A stretch of DNA of 64,000 bases from Macrostomum lignano (GCA_002269645.1 NIVC01000934.1:124001-188000); one strand, 5' to 3'; shown: positions 1 to 44,970, numbered from the stretch's first letter. Numbers and translations: made by a program. The notes: generated by a model from the letters alone, not told the origin.

Positions 1-220
1 AGCAGGATGGAGACGATGATGGCCACGTAGGTGGTGGTCTCGCTCTCCCTGCCTGCGCTGCCTCCGCCCTGCTCGATGCGCTCGTTGTGCGAGGAGCCTC
101 CGCGACCTGCGCTCGGCGACTGCGGCGGCTTCGGCCTGCCGGAGTTCGGCGGCTGCGGCCGCTGCAGCGGCGACGGCGGGTGCGGCGGCGCTTCCGTGGG
201 CGGCGGGTTGACGACCAGCT
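1..220 (-). CDS. Duplicate DDR juxtamembrane/TM exon (5' part; runs off window edge); orphan 3' half of a DDR paralog
   Basis: Near-identical to 12669-12888, with the same phase-1 acceptor (ccgcccctcag|AG CTG GTC, exon starts at 220). Translates ELVVNPPPTEAPPHPPSPLQRPQPPNSGRPKPPQSPSAGRGGSSHNERIEQGGGSAGRESETTTYVAIIVSIL, with 4 aa differences from the main copy and no stop. Confidence 0.8.
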
Positions 221-227
221 CTGAGGG

Positions 228-759
228 GCGGATGGAGACAGCAGCAGGTGAGGCGGATGGAGACAGCAGCAGGTGAGGCGGATGGAGACAGCAGCAGGTG
301 AGGCGGATGGAGGCAGCAGCAGGTGAGGCGGGTGGAGACAGCAGCAGGTGAGGCGGATGAAGAAGCAGCAGGTGAGGCGGATGGAGACAGCAGCAGGTGA
401 GGCGGATGGAGACAGCAGCAGGTGAGGCGGATGGAGACAGCAGCAGGTGAGGCGGATGGAGACAGCAGCAGGTGAGGCGGATGGAGACAGCAGCAGGTGA
501 GGCGGATGGAGACAGCAGCAGGTGAGGCGGATGGAGACAGCAGCAGGTGAGGCGGATGGAGACAGCAGCAGGTGAGGCGGATGGAGACAGCAGCAGGTGA
601 GGCGGATGGAGACAGCAGCAGGTGAGGCGGATGAAGACAGCAGCAGGTGAGGCGGATGGAGACAGCAGCAGGTGAGGCGGATGGAGACAGCAGCAGGTGA
701 GGCGGATGGAGACAGCAGCAGGTGAGTCGGGTGGAGACAGCAACAGGTGAGGCGGATGA
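228..759. repeat. 25-bp minisatellite (gatggagacagcagcaggtgaggcg), ~21 copies
   Basis: Period 25 read directly; same unit as 12896-13378. Confidence 0.95.
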
Positions 760-1561
760 GGAGCGGATAGAGGGCGGATGAGGGGCGGATAAGGGCGGAT
801 GGAGAGTGGATGAGGGGCGGATGAAAGGCGAATTAAAGACAGATAAACATGGGTGAGGGGCGGATAGAAGGCAGGTGCTGAAGCCCTTCTTTTCGATTCC
901 CAGACGTCTAAACTCCTCAGTTAAGCACAAAATTCTCTCTCAGCTCCGCCAGATCCCAAAACCGCTGCGGATGCCCCAGCCCGAGTCTGCCGACCCATCG
1001 AAGAGCCGCAGAGGGAAATCAGGTCAAGCGAGAGGGCAGGTGCACCACAATTTCATGAAGAACACTTTTCCCCAGAATCTTCAGGCCCGCTTGCAAAGCG
1101 AAGACTTTCTGCTCGGGATATTGTGGGATATCTGGCCAAAGATCACGATCAGCTGGGACCCGCAATTCCAAGATGAAGGGGAGGCTGGGAGCGGATGCAG
1201 CTTATAATAACCTGGACGCTGTCCGCGAGAGTCACTTCAGAGACGCCAGGAATTTCAATTGCAGAGTTTGCGCAGAATCCCTCCGTGATCTGCGGTGTTT
1301 TCCCAAGTGGGAAATTTTGGGAAATTGTTCCCGATTTCAGTGAGGGATTTCTGGGAAATTGTTCCTGATTTCATTTTGGCTGGCTTTGGATTACAGGCTC
1401 TGCACTGAGTAGCTGTCTGTAAGAAGGCTCCTCACTGAGCTCAGCCAGTTTCTCGGCCACAAAAGCAGAAGCCGCTAAGTTCGCGCGCCGTAAGTTCCCT
1501 TTTTCAGGACAATAGAGAATACTGACAATACTGACAATACTGAATTCCCCAGTATTTGAGG

Positions 1562-1865
1562 CAGTTTTCCGACAGTTTTCCGACAGTTTTCCGACAGATT
1601 TCCGACAGTTTTCCGACAGTTTCTGTTGAGCTAAAAATTCCGACAGATTTCCGACAGTTTTCCGACAGTTTTCCGACAGATTTCCGACAGTTTCTGTTGA
1701 GCAAAAAATTCCGACAGTTTTCCGACAGTTTTCCGACAGATTTCCGACAGTTTTCCGACAGATTTCCGACAGTTTTCCGACAGTTTTCCGACAGTTTTCC
1801 GACAGTTTTCCGATAGTTTTCCGACAGTTTTCCGACAGTTTCTGTGGAGCAAAAAATTCCGACAG
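1562..1865. repeat. 11-bp minisatellite (ttttccgacag)
   Basis: Direct inspection; source of the spurious ORFs at 1371-1898. Confidence 0.95.
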
Positions 1866-1924
1866 TTTGTCAGATATTTGTCGCAAACAAAAACCCATTA
1901 TCTACTAATAGTAGTCCTCCCTTT

Positions 1925-2438
1925 TCAAGAACAATAGAGAATGTACACAAAGTACACATAGCAGTAATCCTCTTCCTTCTCTTCAAATTCACTGTTATTT
2001 TTGCCATTTTTAGAATGAGCTCTCAATAATTCTCTTCTTAACTCATAAATTTCTTTCTGTTTTGATTCCTCAATCTGTTTTGTTATTTTCAAAAACGTGT
2101 CCGACATTTTGAATGTGTATGGTGCTATATTTAAGTGATTTTTTGACATTTTCTCGATCCAAATTTCTCGATCTTCCTTTGCTTTCTCTGTTCCATTTCT
2201 TCTTTCTTCTTTTTCAATTCTTCTTCTTCATTATCGTCTCCAGTGAAGAGTCTTCCAGTACCATTAATGATCATTCCAAATCCCAACATGAATTGACTCT
2301 CTGGCGCCAATATTCTTTTCGTTCGTCAGGAATCTCTCTCAAAAGTTCTTCAAAGAAATATTTTGCTTCTGTTTTATCTTTTGTCAACAGACCTTCCATA
2401 TCGTCAGTCAATCCTGTTCTCATGGTTTCCCCAGCCAT
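1925..2438 (-). other. Three overlapping small AT-rich ORFs (2438-2271, 55 aa; 2289-2131, 52 aa; 2149-1925, 74 aa), or one ~170-aa ORF broken by two -1 frameshifts
   Basis: Hand translation: MAGETMRTGLTDDMEGLLTKDKTEAKYFFEELLREIPDERKEYWRQRVNSCWDLE*, MLGFGMIINGTGRLFTGDDNEEEELKKKKEEMEQRKQRKIEKFGSRKCQKIT*, MSKNHLNIAPYTFKMSDTF...YILYCS*. Charged, protein-like composition, but no recognisable domain. Confidence 0.4.
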
Positions 2439-2625
2439 GCTCAGAGAGGATACAGCTTAAAGCAGAACGTTGGAGTCTGCGGCTCTTTAGTAGGTAGAGC
2501 TCAAGCAATACAGTAGACACTATAGAGAGAATGAAATTGTTGTCAATAGCAACTAGATTGGGTAAGAGGTTTTGAGTACTGTTGGATCCACGTATAGGCA
2601 AACGTAGTTCCTCCTTTCCGAGTAC

Positions 2626-2872
2626 AATGGAAGCTGCACACGGCAAGTTCCCCTTTTTGAGAACAATAGAAGCTGCACACGGCAAGTTCCCCTTTTTGAG
2701 AACAATAGAAGCTGCACACGGCAAGTTCCCCTTTTTGAGAACAATAGAAGCTGCACACGGCAAGTTCCCCTTTTTGAGAACAATAGAAGCTGCACACGGC
2801 AAGTTCCCCTTTTTGAGAACAATAGAAGCTGCACACGGCAAGTTCCCCTTTTTGAGAACAATAGAAGCTGTA
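2626..2872. repeat. 39-bp minisatellite, ~6 copies, bracketed by a ~34-bp direct repeat (2582-2615 / 2931-2964)
   Basis: Unit gaagctgcacacggcaagttccccttttt gagaacaata; flanks read ttggatccacgtataggcaaacgtagttcctcct. Confidence 0.95.
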
Positions 2873-3407
2873 CAGAGCAGTGTTGGGGATCGTAAGTTCT
2901 CCCTTCATCCAAAATTGACTATTACAGATGTTGGATCCACGTATAGGCAAACGTAGTTCCTCCTGTAGAGTACAATAGACTCTTTGAGAGAGTACTAACT
3001 TGAAATGAGTGTTCCAAAATCCTGAGAAGTTTTACTCAATATCGCACACTTAAAAATTAGTTTTTTATTTAGGGTTAGGAATTTTCTTGAGAGAGGGGGG
3101 TTAAGAATAATTTATTGATTTGAAATTTTTTAAGTGAGTCAGAGTCAGGAGTCAGTGGTAGTTATCAAAGTCGCTAAGAAAAAGAATTGATATTTTTAAT
3201 AGGTTAAAAATAAGCCTTAGAGAGGGGATACTAAGGACATATTTTATAGTTATCTAAATAGTAGTGAATATTATATGGGGGATTTTTGGCCTGTGTCACT
3301 GACTCAAGACTCACGAATCACCCTTTAAAAACATAAGTTTAAAAACTGTCTTTAGAGGGGTCTAGAACTTCTAAAGAGAAAAGTACATTTTTCTTAAATA
3401 TGCTTTT

Positions 3408-3530
3408 AAGTAGTGGATAGAAATATAGAACATGGACACCAAATGAACGAATGAACGAGAAAGTGAAATGAGTGAATGCCCCCGACGCAGGAGGGTGTGT
3501 GGCCATGTTCTATATCTCTATCCACTACTT
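3408..3530. repeat. Inverted repeat / hairpin (32-bp arms, 30/32 match), possible MITE
   Basis: aagtagtggatagaaatatagaacatggacac (3408-3439) is the reverse complement of gtggccatgttctatatctctatccactactt (3499-3530) apart from 2 mismatches. Confidence 0.85.
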
Positions 3531-3851
3531 GTCACTGACTCATGCCAGTCTGTCACTGACTCATGCCAATCTGCCACTGACTCATGCCATTCTGTCACTG
3601 ACTCATGCCAATCTGTCACTGACTCATGCCAATTTGTCACTGACTCATGCCAATCTGTCACTGACTCATGCCAATCTGTCACTGACTCATGCCAGTCTGT
3701 CACTGACTCATGCCAATCTGTCACTGACTCATGCCAGTCTGTCACTGACTCATGCCAGTCTGTCACTGACTCATGCCAGTCTGTCACTGACTCATGCCAA
3801 TCTGTCACTGACTCATGCCAGTCTGTTACTGACTCATGCCAATCTGTCACT
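3531..3851. repeat. 21-bp minisatellite (gtcactgactcatgccaatct), ~15 copies, each containing TGACTCA
   Basis: Direct inspection; abuts the kinase stop codon. Confidence 0.95.
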
Positions 3852-6064
3852 GCAGAAATCTGTGCCCCAGCAGCCCCGCGGCGGCCGCTCGCCTCCTCGG
3901 CTCCCTCTGGACGCACCGGCCGTAGAAGTCCCTCAGCAGGGCGGAGGTCCCGGCCGGCAGCTGCGGCATGTCGTGTTTTTGAATCCTCAGCGGGATCCGA
4001 TACCACTCGAGCTGCCAGTTCGGATGCTGCATCTCCAGCATCTCGAACACGGAGCAGCCGAAAGCCCACACGTCAGTCTTGGGTGAGTACACGATTCTTC
4101 CGTCCTCACTGAACAGCTCGGGAGCCATGTAGTAGGGGGTGCCGCAATCCCTCTTGGTGCTGCGCATCGTGGCGAAGACCTCCTTGGCGAGACCGAAGTC
4201 AATCAGCTTGATGAGGCCCTCGTTGGTGAGCATTATGTTGGAGCACTTGATGTCACGGTGCAGGGTGACGGGACTGCGGCTGTGCAGGAAGTGGAGCGCT
4301 GCGCAGATCTGTGAGTTGGGGAGCGAGTGAGCAGGGGTGGTGCGGGATCTGAGCTGCTTGGAGAAGTCCCTCACTGCTGCATGGGGTGGTGTGGGATCTG
4401 AGCTGCTTGGAGAAGTCCCTCACTGCTGCATGGGGTGGTGTGGGATCTGAGCTGCTTGGAGAAGTCCCTCACTGCTGCATGGGGTGGTGTGAGATCTCAG
4501 CTGCTTGGAGAAGTCCCTCACTGCTGCATGGGGTGGTGTGAGATCTCACCTGCTTGGAGAAGTCCCTCACTGCTGCATGGGGTGGTGTGAGATCTCACCT
4601 GCTTGGAGAAGTCCTTCACTGCTGCCTCATTGAAGGGCCGTCGCTGCAGCTGCATCAGCTCGGAGAGGCTGTGGCCGGAGATCAGCTCGGTGAAGATGCA
4701 CAGCTTGCCCTTCTTGCGCTCAGACTTGAGGAACTGCACAATGTTCGGGTGCCGGATGGCCTTCAGGACGGAGATCTCCGCGTTCTCTATCTCGATGGCC
4801 TCGTCCACCAGCCTGGCGCTGCTGGCACCTTCCAGCCTGACGATCTTGACAGCCACAGTCTGGCGCTTATCGGTGAACGCCTTGTACACCTTGCCGAAGC
4901 CGCCTACTCCGAGCAGCTGCTTGTTGCCGTCACCATCGAGAAGGAAGTCCCAGCTGGAGAAGGCGGGGTCCAGAGACGGCCTCGCACTGAAAGAGGAGAG
5001 GGTTGGGAGACTGAAGCACTGCGGGATGGCTGCAGAAATGGGGAACTGAGCAGGCAGGGAGAGTCTGTCAGCTGATCATTGTGAGCCACTCTTAGCTGAA
5101 CCGAATGCAATTTCCCAAGTGAAAAGTGGAAGACGGCCTGCCTTGCTGACGGAGTCTCCTCGGACTGCAGCTGCAAGCCCGACATTGCCTGGCCCAGCCT
5201 CCGCTCTTCTCCATCAGGCTGCTGCCGCCGCTGCTCTGCGAGCCACTCCCGAATCCGAGCTCCGTGCTGAGAGTTCCGCTCTGCGTAGTCGGCCACCGAC
5301 TCGCCACCGGAATCGAGAAGGTCGAATGGGGCGAGGCCGAGAGAGTCCGCGATGAGGCGGAGCGAGTCTAGGTCGTGATGCTGAGCAGCCAGGTGAGCAG
5401 GTGTGGCTCCGTTTGAGTCTTTTTCCAACAGACAGGCCGGACCGAGCTCTGAGATGAGCCACTTGAGACAGGAGTTGGTCTCATTCATAGCGGCCCAGTG
5501 AATGGCAGTGCGTTGTACGCAGCCAGGCTGATGGAAGCAGTCGGATCCGAGGACTGATTTGAAGAACTGCATGGAATCGGCGCCCTGCTTCCAAGCAGCG
5601 AGATGGACGGGAGTGTTTCCTTGTTGGTCTCGAACGGAGAGACAGTCGGTTCCGCACTCGGTCACCAGCCACTTGAGACAGGAGTTAGTAGCTTCATTCT
5701 CAGCGGCAAAGTGAATGGCAGTGCGTTGGAGTCGGCCAGGCTGATGGAAGCAGTTGGATCCGAGGTTGCGGTGAATGAGCTCCATCCATGACTCATCTCG
5801 AAGCAAGGCAGCCAGGTGCACAGGAGTGTTGCCTCTTTCGTTGGTGCAGGTAAGGCAGTCGGGTCCGAGTTTCTTAATAAGAGCCTCAAAGCAGCGGAGA
5901 CCGTCGGATAGAAATGTCACGTGATGAGCAATGGACTGCTCCAACTGGTTGATGATGACTTCGAAGTTGGCGTCGAGCTGCCGGCAGAGGGGGGGCAGGC
6001 GGCCTGCGTCCTTGGCACGGAGGGCTGCAGCGACTGATTTGCGCAGTGAGGCTTGCTGGGCCAT
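3847..6064 (-). CDS. Ankyrin-repeat Ser/Thr protein kinase (N-terminal ANK repeats + STE/MAP3K-like kinase domain), 3 exons, 590 aa
   Basis: Exons 6064-5142, 4986-4599 and 4308-3847 sum to 1773 nt = 591 codons. ANK motifs: GNTPVHLAA x2, [25 protein letters not shown]. Kinase motifs: [48 protein letters not shown]. Intron 1 is inferred as GC-AG (AG|GCAGG...ttcag); intron 2 is GT-AG. Confidence 0.9.
4335..4625. repeat. 49-bp minisatellite whose unit spans the kinase exon 2 end and its 5' splice site
   Basis: Minus-strand unit ...GACTTCTCCAAGCAG|GTGAGATCTCACACCACCCCATGCAGC; about 6 copies fill intron 2. Confidence 0.93.
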
Positions 6065-6112
6065 GTCTGCAGAGTGGCGCGGACTGCGAGCGCGCTGGGC
6101 TGCTCTGTGCCG

Positions 6113-6120
6113 CTTTTATA
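6113..6120 (-). promoter_or_regulatory. TATA box of the ankyrin-kinase gene
   Basis: TATAAAAG on the minus strand about 50 nt upstream of ATG 6064, with an adjacent GGGCGG. Confidence 0.65.
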
Positions 6121-6257
6121 TGGGCGGTGCGGAGAGGCGGGCTGAGCGGCATCCGAGCCAGACTACTGTGAGTAGGCAAAGCAGAGTAAACTGCAGATGC
6201 TGTGCTGAGTCTGTCAGTTCTGAGCTCGGAACTCAGCGAGACCGACTGCTGGCCGCA

Positions 6258-6621
6258 GGTGAGCGACACGGGAAGGTGAGCGACACGGGAAGGTGAGCGA
6301 CACGGGAAGGTGAGCGACACGGGAAGGTGAGCGACACGGGAAGGTGAGCGACACGGGAAGGTGAGCGACACGGGAAGGTGAGCGACACGGGAAGGTGAGC
6401 GACACGGGAAGGTGAGCGACACGGGAAGGTGAGCGACACGGGAAGGTGAGCGACACGGGAAGGTGAGCGACACGGGAAGGTGAGCGACACGGGAAGGTGA
6501 GCGACACGGGAAGGTGAGCGACACGGGAAGGTGAGCGACACGGGAAGGTGAGCGACACGGGAAGGTGAGCGACACGGGAAGGTGAGCGACACGGGAAGGT
6601 GAGCGACACGGGAAGGTGAGC
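6258..6621. repeat. 17-bp minisatellite (ggtgagcgacacgggaa), 21 units
   Basis: Perfect array; the motif AG|GTGAGC occurs 22 times on the plus strand (GT at 6259 to 6616). Confidence 0.97.
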
Positions 6622-7018
6622 CCTTCATAAAGGGAAGGGCGAAACTAAGATTGCGGTACAGGAGAATGGGGACAAATTGAAGAACAAAATGAGCACAAGA
6701 TATATATCCAGCGCTCCGAATACAGACTCATTGCAGAGCAGTCATTGCAGAGCAGCATCAGTGAGCAAGTGAGCACAGCGCAACTCTCAGAGGAATATTT
6801 TACAATCGATTGCAGCTCATAAATCAGACAAGCTGAAGTCGACACACAGAGCGCAGCCTTCTCAGCAACTGCTTGAGCACCTTTGTTTTGCATCAGCCAG
6901 CAGGTGGACAGCGGCTTGGAGTGGAGCCACCGATTTTGAGCACTCTGCTTGCTGAGTAATGTTCATTAATGTACTGATGTGCTTAGTGCTGTACTTTTGC
7001 AATAAACCGTTGTGTTTT

Positions 7019-7508
7019 AGAGTGCTCCATCACCGGTACAGAGTGCTCCATCACCGATACAGAGTGCTCCATCACCGGTAGAGTGCTCAATAACCGGTAC
7101 AGAGTGCTCAATCACCGGTAAAGTGTGCTCCATCACCGGTACAGAGTGCTCCATCACCGGTACAAAGTGCTCAATCACCGGTACAAAGTGCTCCATCACC
7201 GGTACAGCGTGCTCCATCACCGGTACAGAGTGCTCCATCACCGGTACAGAGTGCTCCATCACCGGTACAAAGTGCTCCATCACCGGTACATAGTGCTCTA
7301 TCACCAGTACAGACTGCTCCATCACCGGTACAGAGTGCTCCATCACCGGTACAGAGTGCTCCATCACCGGTACAGAGTGCTCCATCACCGGTACAGAGTG
7401 CTCCATCACCGGTACATAGTGCTCCATCACCGGTACAAAGTGCTCCATCACCGGTACATAGTGCTCTATCACCGGTACAGACTGCTCCATCACCGGTACA
7501 GAGTGCTC
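7019..7508. repeat. 21-bp minisatellite (agagtgctccatcaccggtac)
   Basis: Direct inspection. Confidence 0.95.
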
Positions 7509-7939
7509 AATAACTCACAAAAGACGCAATTCCGTGACTTCAGTTTCTGCAGAAGCAGCAACGATGCTCTCCAGACTCTGTCGAGTCCAGCAAATTTCTT
7601 CAAAGTGCAGAATCCTCAGAGCCTCATCAAATATATTTAGTCATCAGGCAGGGCGGCAGGGAGGCGTCAAGCGCTCAGGAAGCTGGCAGTTCTGGCACCA
7701 GACTCTGCTCAGAGCTGCTCACAAATCTGCACTCAGCGGGCTGGCTGAGGCCTCGCAGCTCTGATGGGATTTGAGAAGCTGCTGGAGTTGAGCACTGCGG
7801 GACCTGAGCGACTGGAGCAGGAAGGGACTTAAGCTGATGAGGCTGTGCGAGCGACTCTAAATGCAATGCTCTGGGAGACTGGGGAGAGGGAGAGGGGAAG
7901 GGATGGAGAAGGGAGGAGAGGAGGGATGGAGATGCAGCA

Positions 7940-8307
7940 TGGGTGCAGCAGTGGGAGATGCAGTGTGCGGGCACAGCACGGGTGCAGCAGTGGGGAGATG
8001 CAGTGTGCGGGCACAGCACGGGTGCAGCAGTGGGAGATGCAGTGTGCGGGCACAGCACGGGTGCAGCAGTGGGAGATGCAGTGTGCGGGCACAGCACGGG
8101 TGCAGCAGTGGGAGATGCAGTGTGCGGGCACAGCACGGGTGCAGCAGTGGGAGATGCAGTGTGCGGGCACAGCACGGGTGCAGCAGTGGGAGATGCAGTG
8201 TGCGGGCACAGCACGGGTGCAGCAGTGGGAGATGCAGTGTGCGGGCACAGCACGGGTGCAGCAGTGGGAGATGCAGTGTGCGGGCACAGCACGGGTGCAG
8301 CAGTGGG
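7940..8307. repeat. 39-bp minisatellite (gcagcagtgggagatgcagtgtgcgggcacagcacgggt), ~9 copies
   Basis: Direct inspection. Confidence 0.95.
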
Positions 8308-8988
8308 AGGCGGCGGGTTCGCATCTGACAGACTCAATAAAAATTCAATTAACGCACAATGAGCAGCGAATGTACATCAGTATAAATTACAGATCAGTCT
8401 GGGAAAGTATTGCTAGCCCAGCTCCCTACTCTATTGGGATAAATCCTCAGCTTAAATCCCAAAGCATCCCAAAGCTCAGGGTCAGACTAGCAATCCACTC
8501 CCCGACCCCGCTGGGCCCAGCAGCTCACAGCGGGTGCACACAGCAATTTCAGCTTGCGGATTCGGCAGGGACAACAAAAAGAGTCACAACAAAGAGCTGA
8601 TGGGGACAAGCGGCAGGTGCAGGGGATCACAGAGAGCGGTGCACAGGCGGTGCCAGGCGGTGCATTCTGAAGTGCAGGAGGACTTCAGCGAATTGCCAGT
8701 TGCAGAAATTTGCACACAGAAATATTTTTTGCAGTGCGAGCTGAGCGAATTCGGCAAAGCTGGGAAGAGGGCGCGGCAGCTGCGGCTCTGTGGCATCTCC
8801 GTGTGAGCCGCCCCGGATCTGCCACTCCTTGGCTAGACTAGCAATCCACTCTGTTTGTGGAATCCAGCAAACCAGGCCCGTGAGCGCCAAGGTCAAGTCA
8901 GTAAAAGTACATCCTGTCACATCCAGGACATTGCTGATTGACAGTTCAGTCCAGCTGCATGGGCCGGGGCTCGAGCCTCGCACCTCCC

Positions 8989-43160
<34,172 letters not shown>

Positions 43161-44040
43161 AATAATATATTATCAATGATATAATTATCAAGGGTGCAGT
43201 GCTCAATCTGTGAAGAGGACCTGCGCAATGCTTTGTTAGCTTGGCAGGCGGTCAGTGGGGAGGCATCTGCGACCGCTTCGACTGGCGAAGCGCGGATGGA
43301 TTGGGCTCTGCTTGTGTTGACTGTTGTTTGTTGTTGATTGCGCGAGACGCAACGCGGACCCAGCCAAGTCAAGTTTTAAGAGGCAGACAGACAGACGGGC
43401 TGGCAAAACAGGACTTTCCCAAGTTTGGCCTTGGCTGGGCGATGGGCGTGGGGTTCGGGCTGTAATAGGAGAGCCCCAGCCACCCCAGCCCACCCACCCC
43501 ACCAGCCAATCCGATCGGCCCAGCCGGCCACGCCCAATAAAAGTGAATCTCCAAAGTCAAACCGAAGCGTAGGCTGCCCGTGCTACTTGTGAGTAGGCAG
43601 GCTGGCGCCGGACGGAGGGCAAGGGGTGAATTCGTCTAGTACTCTATTAAAGAAGACAGAGAGAGAGTAAGGAAAGAAGAGGGATCGCTTCCCCTATTTG
43701 GGGAGAAATCTCGCCTATTCAGACGGGCACGCGCTGCTGCTGTGGGTAGGGGAAAAAATTCCAATTTCTCCTACAGCGGGCGGGCGTGACTGGCCCCGGC
43801 TTTTTCAGGCCCTGCCGAAAATTGATTTCACCACCGCGTTTCGCTTGTTGAAAGAAAAGGGAAAGTTGCGACCCGGGCGCTGGGAGGGGGGAGCCGGTGG
43901 GGGTGCGGGCGCTGAGCTCAGTCGAAAATAAAAAAACGTAAATGATTTGTGTGACAGACAATAGCTGCTTTCAGCCTTGCAATTTTGTTTGGGACCTGCG
44001 GATTTCCCTATCTCTCTCTGCTGCTACCTGTGCACCTTAC

Positions 44041-44105
44041 CTGACCTGCCTCACCCATATCGCGCACCTGCATAGGCTGCATTCATTAAAATTTGGACTG
44101 CGTGA
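44041..44105 (-). other. Putative DDR 5' UTR exon
   Basis: Strong acceptor tttttgttcatttccgtctcag and donor CAG|gtaagg on the DDR strand; no transcript evidence. Confidence 0.5.
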
Positions 44106-44298
44106 CTGAGACGGAAATGAACAAAAACTTGCGACTTTGCAGTTTGCACCAACTGCAGAATTTCCTGACCTCAAACTGGAGTCGCTCTGTTTATCCTCGC
44201 TCTGCCTCGGCCGGACTCTCATCCTCATGTGGTCAGTCCGATCTCCTCTCTCATCTATTATCCATCTGCTCCACTTTTATCAGATCTGGCGCCTTGAG

Positions 44299-44970
44299 CC
44301 TCTCTCACCTGTCCTCTCTCACCTGTCCTCTCTCACCTGTCCCCTCTCACCTGTCCTCTCTCACCTGTCCCCTCTCACCTGTCCTCTCTCACCTGTCCTC
44401 TCTCACCTGTCCTCTCTCACCTGTCCTCTCTCACCTGTCCTCTCTCACCTGTCCTCTCTCACCTGTCCTCTCTCACCTGTCCTCTCTCACCTGTCCTCTC
44501 TCACCTGTCCTCTCTCACCTGTCCTCTCTCATCTGTCCTCTCTCACCTGTCCTCCCTCACCTGTCCTCTCTCACCTGTCCTCTCTCACCTGTCCTCTCTC
44601 ACCTGTCCCCTCTCACCTGTCCTCCCTCACCTGTCCTCTCTCATCTGTCCTCTCTCATCTGTCCTTTCTCATCTGTCCTCTCTCATCTGTCCTCTCTCAT
44701 CTGTCCTCTCTCATCTGTCCTTTCTCATCTGTTCTCTCTCACCTGTCCTCTCTCACCTGTCCTCTCTCACCTGTCCTCTCTCACCTGTTTTCTCTCACCT
44801 GTCCTCTCTCACCTGTCCTTTCTCACCTGTCCTCTCTCACCTGTCCTCTCTCACCTGTCCTTTCTCACCTGTCCTCTCTCATCTGTCCTCCCTCACCTGT
44901 CCTCTCTCATCTGTCCTCTCTCACCTGTCCTCTCTCATGTCCTCTCTCACCTGTCCTCTCTCACCTGTCC
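44299..44970. repeat. 14-bp minisatellite (cctctctcacctgt), ~48 units
   Basis: The minus-strand unit acaggtgagagagg contains CAG|GTGAGA in most copies. Confidence 0.96.

Larger units (their letters stand above)
1..1476. repeat. Segmental duplication of DDR exon 6/intron 5
   Basis: 1-1430 aligns to 12669-14055 with a few percent substitutions, small indels and different array copy number. A further ~30 bp at 1445-1476 matches 14977-15009 (acaaaagcagaagccgct). Confidence 0.92.

Noticed and set aside
7021-7512. SAPSPVQ heptad frame (CTD- or mucin-like) after a plausible acceptor at 7020
   Set aside because: The frame is broken by a 2-nt-short unit near 7080 and no upstream coding exon was found; treated as a non-coding minisatellite.
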